Source: Centroscyllium fabricii | Taxonomy: Eukaryota | Assembly (NCBI GenBank): GCA_051313645.2 | Contig: JBNRSN020000002.1 | Span: 539,586,001-539,650,000 of the forward strand | DNA length: 64,000 nucleotides | Direction: 5' to 3' | In this document: positions 9,307 to 20,020 of the stretch, piece by piece | How the letters are laid out: each line of letters opens with the position of its first letter | How positions within the stretch are numbered: position 1 is the stretch's first letter | Notes under the pieces: model-generated | Seen by the model: the letters and a program-made list of their open reading frames with translations, nothing else | Told to the model about the DNA's origin: nothing | Databases searched by the model: none | Position numbers and translations under genes: made by a program

Positions 9307-12300
9307 ATGGAGAGCAGCGCAGTTAAACCTGAGAAGCTGGACATCAGTCCCCAGGACCCTGCCGCTCCCGCCACGTACGAACACTGGTTCGGCCTCCTGG
9401 AGGCCTACATGGACGCCGCCAAGGCTACAACAGACAGGGACAAGCTGCATGTCCTACGATCGAGGATTTCCAGCAGGGTATTCACCCTCATCAGGAACGC
9501 CTCAACCTACGTAGCGGCTGTACAAATTCTGAGGAAATGTTACGAGCGCTCGGTCCATTCAGTCTACGCCCGACATGTGCTGGCGACCAGATCTCAGCTA
9601 CCGGGTGAGTCCAATGAGGAGTTCGAGCAAGCGCTCCTGGCCCTGGTACGGGTCTGTGGCTGCAAAGGCACAACAGTTGAAGAGGAGGAAGAACTCCTCG
9701 TTCGGGACGCTTATGTTACAGGACTGAGGTGTGTGGAAGCCCGCCAGCGGCTACTAGAGAAAGACGAATTATCCCTCGAGGAGGCGACTACGATAGCCAA
9801 ATCAGTAGAGGGGGCCCGAAGCAAGTTACAGGCGTACAGCGGCACTAACCCGCAAGCCTACAACATATGGGCCGCGCCACAACAGGCCCAGGCCTGGGCG
9901 CAATGGGTCGAGGCCCCCACGATTGCCGCGACGGCCACTAAAGACACTAAAGATAAACGCTGCTACTTCTGCAGCCAGGGACTGCACCCTAGAGCGAAAT
10001 GCCCAGCCAGGACAGCGACCTGCGAGAAATGTGCGAAGAAGGGACACTACGCTAAAGCCTGCAGATCAGCTCCAGCAGCGGCCAACTCAAGGTACAACAG
10101 TGCAGCCTGTGAGAGCACCGACAGACACCAGGTAAGCTGCAATAGCAGCGCGATCCAGCGACGGTACGGGGGTAGACAACAAGCGCCCCCATCTCCCACA
10201 CCGATGCGGCAAAGGCCGGCCAAGCGCGACCCCCCAATGCGGCCGGCTGCGTGCGAATCACGGGCACCGCCAACCCAACCACCGCGGCCCGCTGCGTGCG
10301 AATCACGGGCACCGCCAACCCGACCACCGCGGTCCGCCGCGTGCGAATCACGGGCGACGCCAACCCGATCACCGCGGTACGCTGCGTGCGAATCACGGGC
10401 GCCGCCAGCGCGTTCACAGGGCCCCACCATGTGCGTCCCCTCGGAAACGGCATTTTGTAACCAGAGCCCCTCCATGTGCGAGCCAGGGGCGACGCCATCT
10501 TGTATCCAGGGCCCCTCCATGTGCAAACCAGGTTCGCCGCCATCTTGTATCCAGGGCCCCTCCATGTGCGAGCCAGGGGCGCCGCCATCTTTTGCACAGC
10601 GCCGATCAGCAGGGGCTGCGGCAGCCAGAATCAGAGTTAGCCAGGGCAGGCCCCATACCCTGTCTAACTCCATAATGCCGATTACCATTAATAATCACAC
10701 TGTCGACTGCCTTTTCGACACAGGCAGCACTGAGAGTTTCGTTCACCCTGATACAGTGCGGCGCTGCGGACTGCAGGTCCTGCCCACCAACTACCAAGTC
10801 TCCCTAGCTTCACAGTCCCACACCGTGGACGTCACCGGCTACTGCTCCGTCATGCTCACCGTCAAGGGGCGCGTGTACCGTAATTTTAAATTGTATACCC
10901 TCCAACAGTTGGGTGCCCCAGCCTTACTAGGTTTGGATTTCCAGTGCCACTTCAGGAGCGTGACAATGGAGTTCGGCGGGACCTTACCCCCCCTCACCGT
11001 CAGTAGCCGGGACAATCTCCCCCCAAAGCGGAGCCCGGCCTGCGGCCTCTCCACCCTGAGAATCGACCCCCCCACGCTGTTCGCCAACCTCGATCCGAAG
11101 TGCAAACCCATTGCCACTAAGAGTCGGCGGTACAGTGAGGGGGATCGCACGTTTATCAGGTCGGAGGTCGGGCGGATGCTGAAGGAGGGGATAATTGAAG
11201 CCAGCACCAGCCCCTGGCGCGCCCAAGTTGTAGTGGTGAAGTCTGGCGAAAAACAGCGGCTGGTTATCGATTACAGCCAGACTATCAACCGCTACACCGG
11301 GCTCGACGCCTACCCCCTCCCCCGCATCTCAGAAATGGTCAAACAGATCGCCCAGTACAAGGTGTTCTCTACGATCGACCTTAAATCGGTGTATCATCAG
11401 CTCCCGATTCGGAAAGCCGACCGCCCCTACACCGCCTTCGAGGCGAACGGTCGGCTCTACCACTTCCTCCGGGTCCCCTTTGGCGTGACCAACGGAGTGT
11501 CAGTGTTCCAACGGGAGATGGACCGTATGGTTGACCAAAACGACTTGCAGGCCACTTTCCCTTACCTGGACAACGTGACCATCTGCGGCCACGACCAGCA
11601 GGACCACGATGCCAATCTAGCCAAATTCCTCGCCACGGCGGACAGGCTGGACCTTACGTATAACAAGGACAAATGTGTCTTTAATACAGCCCGGCTCGCC
11701 ATCCTCGGATACGTGGTGAAGAACGGGCTCCTCGGCCCCGACCCACAGCGTATGCGACCCCTGCAAGAACTGCCCCTACCTCACAACCCCAAAGCCTTGA
11801 GGAGATGCCTAGGATTTTTCTCCTATTATGCACAATGGGTCCCACAGTTCGCAGATAAGGCTAGACCACTCCTCAAGGCTGCCGTCTTCCCCCTTTCTGT
11901 AGAAGCCCAAACGGCATTCGCAAGGATAAAGGAAGATATTATCAAGGCGACCATGCTCGCTGTTGATGAATCCATCCCTTTCCAGGTGAAGAGTGACGCT
12001 TCGGACTTTGCCCTTGCTGCCACCCTGAATCAGGCAGGCAGGCCCGTAGCGTTTTTCTCCCGCACCTTACAGGGACCCGAAACTCGCCACTCAGCAGTGG
12101 AAAAGGAGGCCCAGTCCATCGTGGAGGCCGTGCGCTACTGGCGTCATTACCTGGCCGGTAAGCGTTTTACCCTGCTCACCGACCAACGGTCGGTGGCGTT
12201 TATGTTTAATAATAAACAACGGGGTAAAATCAAGAATGATAAGATCCTGCGGTGGCGGATCGAACTCTCGACTTACGAGTACGACATTCTTTACCGCCCA

Positions 12301-12996
12301 GGCAAACTCAATGAACCCCCGGATGCACTGTCCAGGGGACCGTGCGCCAGTGCCCAGCTAGACCGGCTGAAGGACCTCCACGACCGCCTTTGCCACCCGG
12401 GTGTCACCAGACTCGCCCATTTCGTCAAATCCCGTAGCCTCCCCTACTCCATCACGGAGATCAAGGCTATGACCCGAGAGTGCCCTCTCTGCGCCGAGTG
12501 CAAACCCCGCTTTTTCCGGCCAGTCACGGCGCACCTCATTAAGGCCACCCGCCCCTTTGAACGTCTCAGCGTGGACTTCAAAGGCCCCCTCCCTTCCACC
12601 GACCGCAACTCATACTTCCTCACAGTAGTGGATGAGTTCTCCCGCTTCCCCTTCGCCTTCCCCTGCCCAGACATGACGAGCGCAACGGCGATCAAACACT
12701 TCACCTCGCTGTTCGCCATTTTCGGTCTCCCCAGCTACATCCATAGCGACCGGGGGACATCGTTCATGAGCGATGAACTGCGCCAGTTTCTGCTCCAGAG
12801 AGGGGTTGCCACGAGCAGAACGACCAGTTATAACCCCCGGGGGAACGGCCAGGTAGAAAGGGAGAATGGGATTATCTGGAAGGCGGTCACCCTGGCTCTC
12901 AAGTCCAGAGGCCTTCCAGTGTCCCATTGGCAGGAGGTCGACTTCGGGGACAACTCTCCCTCCATGGCGGACGACTCCGGGGCCGGTTTTGCTTAG
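9307..12996 (+). CDS. Gag-Pol polyprotein (zinc knuckles, protease, RT, RNase H, integrase); integrase C-terminus frameshifted by an internal deletion and continued in ORF 12866-13462
   Basis: CYFC..H...C and CEKC..GH...C; LFDTGS; PFGVTN; YLDN; SDASD; H..H..C..C; VDFKGP, SDRG, NGQVER; DTVSIRDLAP. Confidence 0.93.
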   Translation: MESSAVKPEKLDISPQDPAAPATYEHWFGLLEAYMDAAKATTDRDKLHVLRSRISSRVFTLIRNASTYVAAVQILRKCYERSVHSVYARHVLATRSQLPGESNEEFEQALLALVRVCGCKGTTVEEEEELLVRDAYVTGLRCVEARQRLLEKDELSLEEATTIAKSVEGARSKLQAYSGTNPQAYNIWAAPQQAQAWAQWVEAPTIAATATKDTKDKRCYFCSQGLHPRAKCPARTATCEKCAKKGHYAKACRSAPAAANSRYNSAACESTDRHQVSCNSSAIQRRYGGRQQAPPSPTPMRQRPAKRDPPMRPAACESRAPPTQPPRPAACESRAPPTRPPRSAACESRATPTRSPRYAACESRAPPARSQGPTMCVPSETAFCNQSPSMCEPGATPSCIQGPSMCKPGSPPSCIQGPSMCEPGAPPSFAQRRSAGAAAARIRVSQGRPHTLSNSIMPITINNHTVDCLFDTGSTESFVHPDTVRRCGLQVLPTNYQVSLASQSHTVDVTGYCSVMLTVKGRVYRNFKLYTLQQLGAPALLGLDFQCHFRSVTMEFGGTLPPLTVSSRDNLPPKRSPACGLSTLRIDPPTLFANLDPKCKPIATKSRRYSEGDRTFIRSEVGRMLKEGIIEASTSPWRAQVVVVKSGEKQRLVIDYSQTINRYTGLDAYPLPRISEMVKQIAQYKVFSTIDLKSVYHQLPIRKADRPYTAFEANGRLYHFLRVPFGVTNGVSVFQREMDRMVDQNDLQATFPYLDNVTICGHDQQDHDANLAKFLATADRLDLTYNKDKCVFNTARLAILGYVVKNGLLGPDPQRMRPLQELPLPHNPKALRRCLGFFSYYAQWVPQFADKARPLLKAAVFPLSVEAQTAFARIKEDIIKATMLAVDESIPFQVKSDASDFALAATLNQAGRPVAFFSRTLQGPETRHSAVEKEAQSIVEAVRYWRHYLAGKRFTLLTDQRSVAFMFNNKQRGKIKNDKILRWRIELSTYEYDILYRPGKLNEPPDALSRGPCASAQLDRLKDLHDRLCHPGVTRLAHFVKSRSLPYSITEIKAMTRECPLCAECKPRFFRPVTAHLIKATRPFERLSVDFKGPLPSTDRNSYFLTVVDEFSRFPFAFPCPDMTSATAIKHFTSLFAIFGLPSYIHSDRGTSFMSDELRQFLLQRGVATSRTTSYNPRGNGQVERENGIIWKAVTLALKSRGLPVSHWQEVDFGDNSPSMADDSGAGFA
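10240..10600 (+). repeat. in-frame 45-bp (15-aa) tandem repeats between Gag and protease
   Basis: 4x RPAACESRAPPT.PP-like units followed by 4x GPSMCEPGAPPSC.Q-like units. Confidence 0.9.
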
Positions 12997-14429
12997 AAGG
13001 CATGTCCAGAGCCACAAGACGGACCCCCTGGTGGACAAGGTACAGCTCCTACATGTGAACCCGCACTACGCCTTCGTGCAGTTCCCGGACAGGCGTGAGG
13101 ACACCGTGTCCATCAGGGACCTGGCTCCCGCAGGAAGCACCACCGCAGAGCCCCCGGCCGGCCAGCAGGCCGATCAACCACCAGACGCACGATGGCCCCT
13201 GAGTTTCCCCGACTACAACCCGGACGGCGGGGACCAGCCGAGCCCACCGCCACCTGAAGTCACAGCGCCGGCAGATGCGGGCTATTCGACCCAGGAGGCA
13301 CCACCACCAACACCGGAGCGCCGGCGGTCCTCCAGGCAGACACGACCGCCGGACAGACTTATCGTGAACTGTTCGACCCATTCACCCCCCCCGGACTCAA
13401 AGTTTTTAAGAAGGGGTGAATGTGGTAACCATTCTACTATACCACTGTACCATTATGGCTAATGATAGGCTGTGCAGATGTTAGGCACAGCCCTGTATAC
13501 TGTGACACTGTTGGGAGCCAGGTCAGCCACACCTCCAACTCCTCCCCCAGGTGAGGCCCCGTTATAGGTGAGATCTGACCGAGGCTCCTTCATTCCTGTA
13601 CTGTAGTTCGTCTGGAGAGTAGCTCCGTTCTTAGCAATTAAAATCCTTTAGTTTCGGTAACTACGCGTCGACTCTTTTAATCGAAGATATTGACGATACA
13701 TCAGCTAATGAAGTACTATTTGAAGTGTAGCCACTGTTGTAATGTGGGAAACGTGGCAGCCAATTTGCGCACAGCAAGCTCCCACAAACAGCATTGACAG
13801 TGAAGCACCTTTGGAAGTGCTGGGGATGTGTAAGGTGCTATATGAATGCACATGAGGGGGGTTGCTGCTGTGTCTTCCCAACTCTGTGCTTTACATCTGT
13901 CTTTGCAATGCTGTCAGGTATAGTGAAAAGCCAGTTTAACAGGGGCAGCTGAGATTCCAAACCCCTGTGACATTTCAATCAGTTTGACTTGCCGAAGAAT
14001 AGGCTTCCACTGCGCTTTGCAGCCACAGGCCTGACGAGTGGACAGGCACAACAGAACATCTTGTTTTGGAAATTAATAGAAAGCTGGATCAATACAGACT
14101 CACTGGATCTGCCAGATATGGTTGACTAGCAAAGAATATCCAGGAAATAGTTCTTCATTGTCATATTCCCTTGACCGTGGTGCAACGGATCAGATTATAG
14201 ATCACGGGATTCCGAGAACACATTTCTTATTCCCACATCTCTTTGGAACAGGTATTGCTTCTAATCTGTCCTCCTCAAGTTATCGTTTTGATTTCATCCA
14301 AATCATTTCATAGGCTGAACTAGAATGCCATCAAATATACTTATTTACAGCGTTTCCTGTTTAATGGAAAGGAAATATTCCGTCATTTCTTTCCAAATTA
14401 TGGCCCCTGAGACTTGGGATGGATTTAAT

Positions 14430-14920
14430 GGGCCAGAAATTCCAGTGTGCCGGTTTGTGCGGGTGCAAGGACCCTGCGGACACCTATAGCACCGCACCAT
14501 CATCTCATATAGCAATTGAAATTCGGATTTTTTTAATTTAAAAAAAAACTTTAACAGCCAAATTTAATGATAGCGATCTGGCCACATTACTCCAAAAAAT
14601 TGATAAATACTTAAAATTAAAGTTAAAAAAGTCAATTACCTTGTTTAGTAAGGCACTGCTCTCACCAATGCACAGGTTACTACTGCTTTTTTCTCGTGCA
14701 GCTCCAAGCCCAGTTGCCCACAGATGAACGCACAGAATCACACCCAAAAGCATCGGGATTTTTGGGTGCAATTCTTTTGTGCGTTCCATGCTGAGGCCTC
14801 TTCTCCCTCAGCATTGAAAAGCTCCGATCCATGGGCATGCCCCGTGCGATCATCGCACGGGGCATATTGGCACCCCTCTGTGCGGGTGCAGCTAGGCCCA
14901 GACACCCGAATTTCTGGCCC
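14430..14920. mobile_element. PIF/Harbinger-type MITE (family C-like)
   Basis: TIRs GGGCCAGAAATTC / GAATTTCTGGCCC around an AT-rich core. Confidence 0.7.
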
Positions 14921-15122
14921 ATTATATACCAAGATCCGTGGGCAGTGATTTCAACGGGAGTTGGCTGCTGTTTCGCCACAGTGAAAGTATAATGGAAGAG
15001 CGTGCAGGTACTGAACAGCCTTGTGTGTTTATTTTATTGTCAGCTCCCATTGAAAGGCTCACAGGCCAAGAATGCAAGAAGTCACACAACACCAGGTTAT
15101 AGTCCAACAGTTTTATTTTAAA

Positions 15123-15159
15123 TCACAAGCTTTCGGAGCGCTGCTCCTTCCTCAGGTGA
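15123..15159 (-). ncRNA. minimal Penelope-associated hammerhead ribozyme motif
   Basis: TCAC-CTGAGGA-A-GGAGC AGC GCTCC-GAAA-GCTT-GTGA: CUGANGA and GAAA core, stem II, palindromic AGCU stem III, TCAC/GTGA stem I. Confidence 0.75.
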
Positions 15160-15736
15160 AGTGAAGTTGATCCAAACAATGCACATATGCCCCGGGGCAT
15201 GGTACATCGGCGAGACCATGCAGACACTTCGACAACAGATGAATGGACACTGCACAATAATTGCCAGGCAGGAGTGTTCCCTCCCAGTCGGGGAACACTT
15301 CGGCAGTGAAGGACATTCAGCCTCCGATCTTCGGGTAAGCATTCTCCAAGGCGGCCTTCGAGACACACGACAACGCAAAATCATCGAGCAGAGGTTGATA
15401 GCCAAATTCCGCACCCATGAGGACGGCCTCAACCATGATGTCGGCTTCATGTCACGCTACATGTGACCCCGCCTGACGTAGAGTCATCCAGACTAGAGAC
15501 ATCTCTGTCTTGTAAGGAAATTCCTTTTTTTTAAATCATTCTGTGTGTTTTCGCACAGACAAGAGGACTGCAGCATTTGACCCTTTGTGACTGTGCCTCA
15601 TTGATCTCAGACTGATATGTTAAAATATGTCAATACACCTTTGTCTGCTCTGTTTGTCTCTTTGCTAAGGTGAGATGTGGGAGAGATCAGATTTGTCTCT
15701 CCCTTGCATATGTGTTTTCTTTGGATCAACTTCACT

Positions 15737-15774
15737 TCACCTGACAAAGGAGCAGAAGCTCCGAAAGCTTGTGA
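15737..15774 (+). ncRNA. hammerhead-like motif with a core mutation (CTGACAA)
   Basis: Same architecture as 15123-15159, but G8 is changed to A. Confidence 0.55.
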
Positions 15775-15941
15775 TTTAAAATAAAACTGTTGGACTATAA
15801 CCTGGTGTTGAGTGACTTCTTGCATTTGTCCACCCCAGTCCAACACCGGCACCTCCACATCAGGCCAAGAATGGGTATTGCACTAGTCCTGATCAACAGC
15901 TTAAAGCAGAGGCATCCAAGCTTCATCTTCAGGCACTCATA

Positions 15942-16859
15942 GGGCAGAATTTTCCTGAAGGTGTGGGAAATGGGTGGGCTCCCCACTGATCACTCAATGT
16001 TCCTGCTTTTTGAAGGGTGTGGAATCCCCGCACAATTGTGGCTTGATTGGCCAATTAATTCCCAGAGTGTGAGAAGATCCTAGCAATTGAGGAATTTTGC
16101 CTAGAAACTGGGCGGGCTTTGACCTGTGTCTGCAGCAGAGCCAATGATTGGCAGCTGCACTGATAGGCTTGGTGTTTCTCTTTCTGTGGTTTTTGGCATT
16201 ATGATGTCATAATGCTATGTAAACAGATGAAACCACAAATCTAAGAGTGACAGCTTTAAGTAGGCTGCCCGTGTTTGTTTGTGGTTTCACTGGAATGTAA
16301 ACAGAAACTGATTCATTGAGTGACTGACAGCTTGCTTCACAGACACAGCTCACAGCACGATGTCTGTGAGTGAGTGGGATGCATCTGCAGGTAAGTGATT
16401 TTAAGTTCTTTGGGAACTGAAATTTGGCACACTTGGGTGCCAGTTACACCTCCAGCATGGTGGAGGCTAACAAGCTGCTATGTGACTGCTGTTTCCCATG
16501 CCTCGAAGGTGGCAGTCACCCAGCCGATTGGGTGCCCACCAGCTTTTAATGGCGGTGTTCCCACCAGGTGGGTTCTGGGTGGGAAGAAGGTCAAAGTAGC
16601 AAGGGGCCCTTAAAGTGGCATTACCGATGCCAATTAATGGCCCCTAATGAGCTTAACTAGCATCCCCGCCGATGCTGGGTGGGACTGAGGTGGGACTGAG
16701 GTGGGCCGACCGGACCCACCGGGTGAAATTGACAAGCGGGCGGGAAGGCGGCGGGAGGGGTCGCGGACCCCCATTTCTGCTATTTTCGCTGTCCCATCCG
16801 GAAACCCACCTCATGGCCCGAGGAAAATCCTGCCTCACGGCCCGAGAAAAATCCTGCCC
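15942..16859. mobile_element. PIF/Harbinger-type MITE (family B) with a ~24-bp duplicated right terminus
   Basis: TIRs GGGCAGAATTTTC / AAAATCCTGCCC. Reverse-complement homolog at 38540-39491. Confidence 0.7.
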
Positions 16860-16868
16860 ACAGTGTGG

Positions 16869-17332
16869 GCCATGGCTCAGTGGGCAGCACTCTTGTCTCT
16901 AAGTCAGAAGGTTGTGGGTTCAAGTCCCACTCCAGCGAATTGAGTGCAAAAATCTAGGCTGACACTCCAGTGCAGTGCTGAGGGCGTGCTGCACTGTCGA
17001 AGGTGCCGTCTTTCAGATGAGATTTTAAACTGAGGCCCCGTCTGCTCTCTCAGGTGGACGTAAAAAATCCTATGGTGCTATTTCAAAGAAGAGCAGGGGC
17101 GTTATCCCCAGTGTCCTGACCAATATTTATCCCTCAATCAATATCACTGAAAAACAGATTATCTGGTCATCATCACATTTCCTGTTTTTGGGAGCTTGCT
17201 GTGCACAAATTGACTGCTGCCGTTCCTATGTTCCAACAGTGACAACACTTCAAAAGTACTTAATTGGCTGTAAAGTGCTTTGGGAGGTCTTGAGGTCTTG
17301 AAAGTCGCTATATGAATGCAAGTCTTTCTTTC
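16869..17332 (+). mobile_element. full-length tRNA-derived SacSINE1/DeuSINE-like SINE
   Basis: A box TGGCTCAGTGG, B box GGTTCAAGTCC, Deu-like core, tail ...GCTATATGAATGCAAGTCTTTCTTTC. Confidence 0.8.
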
Positions 17333-17691
17333 TATGGGTGTGTACCATGGAGCCTTGGGGGGGGGGGGGGGGGGGGTAGGGGAGGGGCACATCTCAATCG
17401 TAAATCAGGCTCAAGTTGCAAGTTTCAGGGGGTCTGATTTTGGATTTATCCACCAATGTGGCACATCACTGAGAACGTGCCTTTCTAAATCTCAATACGC
17501 ATCGATTCAAACAAGACAATACTGGTGAATAAAATATTTAAGTGGAGATAGATCGCCCAGCGCTGGATCGCCAGGGATCACAGGTTACATGTGGGCCGGG
17601 GCTACGGTTTGGACACCCTCTGCATTCAGGGTACCTTGAGCTATTTTTCTTTTGCACAAGTCTAATAACATCAATACGCTCAACACAGAGA

Positions 17692-18976
17692 GGGGGATTT
17701 TCGCAAAGGTGTGGGGAAATGGCGGGTTTTGGGCGGATCAGGTTTCTGACACGAATGTTCAAGGGCCTGGGAGCCCCACACAATTTCGGCTTAATTGGCC
17801 AATTAATTCCCCGCATATCAGAGCCCCTGATAACTAGCTGTTTCCTGTCAGAAAGCGGCGGCATTACAGCTGACAGTCGGAGGTTTGATTGATAGGGCTA
17901 AGGACTGTGTGTTGTTAGTTTCTATGGAAACAGTGCATTGTGACATCACAATGGAGTGCAACCAATCTCTAAGCACAAGTGAGTTGAGTGACAGGTCTAA
18001 GGACTCGCTGGAAAGCTCTCCCAGTTAGGGGCCGTCTCTCTGCGAAGCATTTCAACTCATCTGTTAGGTAAGTTTGTGGAAGGTTTTTTCCATAGCTGCT
18101 GTTCAGCCAAGGGAGCCACTTACACCTCCAGGGTATTGAAGGCCTGGAAGGCATTCTGCTACAGGTGCTTCAATGCTTTGAAGGTGAAAGTGGCCAAGCT
18201 GAATGTCATCCCATTAGGTTTCACCGACAGGGTTTCAGGATGGCGGGTTATGGGTTGGAAGTGCTTTAAAATCACGGGGGGCCCTTAAAATGCGATTACA
18301 CATGGCAATTTTATTCATTGATGGGATGTGGGCATCACTGGCTGGCTAGGCCTGCATTTAGTGCCCATCCCTAATTGCCCTTGAGAAGATGGTGTTGAGC
18401 CGTCCTCTTGAACCACTGCAGTCTTATTGTTTTTCGTAGCGGTTGTTTACAACTGAGTGGCTTGCTTGGCCATTTCAGAGGGCATTAAGAGTCAACCACA
18501 TTGCTGTGGGTCTGGAGTCACATGTAGGCCAGACCAGGTAAGGAAGGCAGATTTCCTTCCCTAAAGGACATTAGTGAACCAGATGGGTTTTTGCAACAAT
18601 CGACAATGGGGTCATGGTCGCCATTACTAAGACTAACATTTAATTCCAGAATTAAATTGAATTGAATTTAAATTCCACCAGCTGCCGTGGTGGGATTTAA
18701 ACCCATATCCTCAGAACATTTGACTGAGCCTCTGGCTTACTAGTCTAGTGACATAACCACTACGCCACCGCCTCCCCCGAATTAAGGGCTCCTGATGAGC
18801 ATAACGATCATCCCCGCCGGTGGTGGGCGGGAAAGATTCGGGCCGGCTAGACACGCCGGCGGAAAACTGCAAAGCGGTAGGGATCCGGCGGGAGGGGCCG
18901 GGACCCCCCCGGTTTCATGATTTTAAACCCCGCGCCGCCGGAAATGCGCCCTCATGGCCCTCCAAAAATCCCCCCC
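17692..18976. mobile_element. PIF/Harbinger-type MITE (family B variant) interrupted by a SINE
   Basis: TIRs GGGGGATTTT / AAAATCCCCCCC. Reverse-complement homolog at 27408-28220. Confidence 0.7.
18311..18778 (-). mobile_element. tRNA-headed SINE with LINE-derived tail
   Basis: Minus strand begins GGGAGGCGGTGGCGTAGTGG (A box), has GGTTTAAATCCC (B box-like), and ends ...GGATGGGCACTAAATGC...CCCATCAATGAAT. Confidence 0.65.
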
Positions 18977-19489
18977 AATATCTGTGAGCAGCTGTCTGGA
19001 CATAGTGGGAGCAATTTTAACCCCCCAGGACTGGCGGGAGAGGAGCTAGTGGGCAGGGGGGTTAAAAGTTCAAGAATCAGAAACCTAACCCCAGCCCGTC
19101 TCCAACGCGTCCACTTCTGGTTTTAACGGAGGCGGGTTGTTGGGGACTGGCGACTAATCTGCTCCCCAGAGGTGGGTCCGTCATTTAAATATTGCTATGA
19201 GGCGGCTTGCCTCAAATTTAACTGCAGTTTTACTTTCGGCACCTGCAGGCCGGGTTTCCCAGGGCTCGGGAAACCCGGCTGCTGAAGGGAGGTGGGAAGT
19301 GAAGTACTGCTTGTGGGCCAGGAGGAGCAGGAGTGCTTCCTGCCCGCCCCCTCCACCCAGCCCACCAACCCACTGGTCCATTGGCTGATGTTTATGCTCC
19401 ACGTGGGTCTCCCCACCCCCACCCCACCTCTTCATTGGACCCTCTCAGCCCAAACTCCTATTCCTTTCTCACTCGTGTGTTTAAACAGA

Positions 19490-20020
19490 GAAACATAGAA
19501 AAAATAGGAGCAGGAGTCAGCCATTCGGCCCTTCGAGCCTGCTCCGGCATTCAATATGATCATGGCTGATCCTCTATCTCAACACCATATTCCCGCTCTC
19601 TCCCCATACCTCTTGATTCCTTTTGTGTCTAGAAATCTATCGATCTCCTTCTTAAATATATTCAGTGACTTGGCCTCCACAGCCTTCTGTGGTAGAGAAT
19701 TCCACAGGTTCACCACCCTCTGAGTGAAGAAATTTCTCCTCATCTCGGTCCTAAATGTCCTACCCCGTATCCTGAGACTGTGACCCCCTCGTTCAAGACC
19801 CCCCCAGCCAGGGGAAACATCCTCCCTGCATCCAGCCTGTCTAGCCCTGTCAGAATTTTATATGTTTCAATGAGATTCTCTCTCATTCTTCTAAACTCGA
19901 GTGAATACAGGCCTAGCCGACCCAATCTCTCCTCATACGACAGTCCTGCCATCCCAGGAATCAGTCTGGTGAACCTTCGCTGCACTCCCTCTATGGCAAG
20001 TATATCCTTTCTCAGGTAAG
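19490..20020 (-). mobile_element. 5'-truncated CR1
   Basis: YLRKDILAIEGVQRRFTR...; AAACATAGA tail. Confidence 0.9.

Larger units (their letters stand above)
9000..13703 (+). mobile_element. Ty3/Gypsy LTR retrotransposon, element E1
   Basis: 283-bp LTRs 9000-9282 and 13421-13703 (TG...CA, 5 mismatches). PPT AAGAAGGGGTGAA. Flanks GCTAT/GCTAA (imperfect 5-bp TSD). Inserted in a SacSINE1-like SINE. Confidence 0.96.
15075..15860 (+). mobile_element. Penelope-like element fragment: inverted pLTR, GIY-YIG endonuclease C-terminus, then direct pLTR
   Basis: YIGET..TLR.QMNGH...PVGEHF...EQRLI...GLN.D. Inverted arms 15075-15170 and 15725-15826. Flanking direct repeat CAGGCCAAGAATG (15062-15074, 15861-15873). 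Confidence 0.9.

Noticed and set aside
10047-10688. Long antisense and alternate-frame ORFs over the Gypsy repeats (also 56117-56854)
   Set aside because: By-products of GC-rich, stop-poor 45-bp repeats on the opposite strand of gag-pol.
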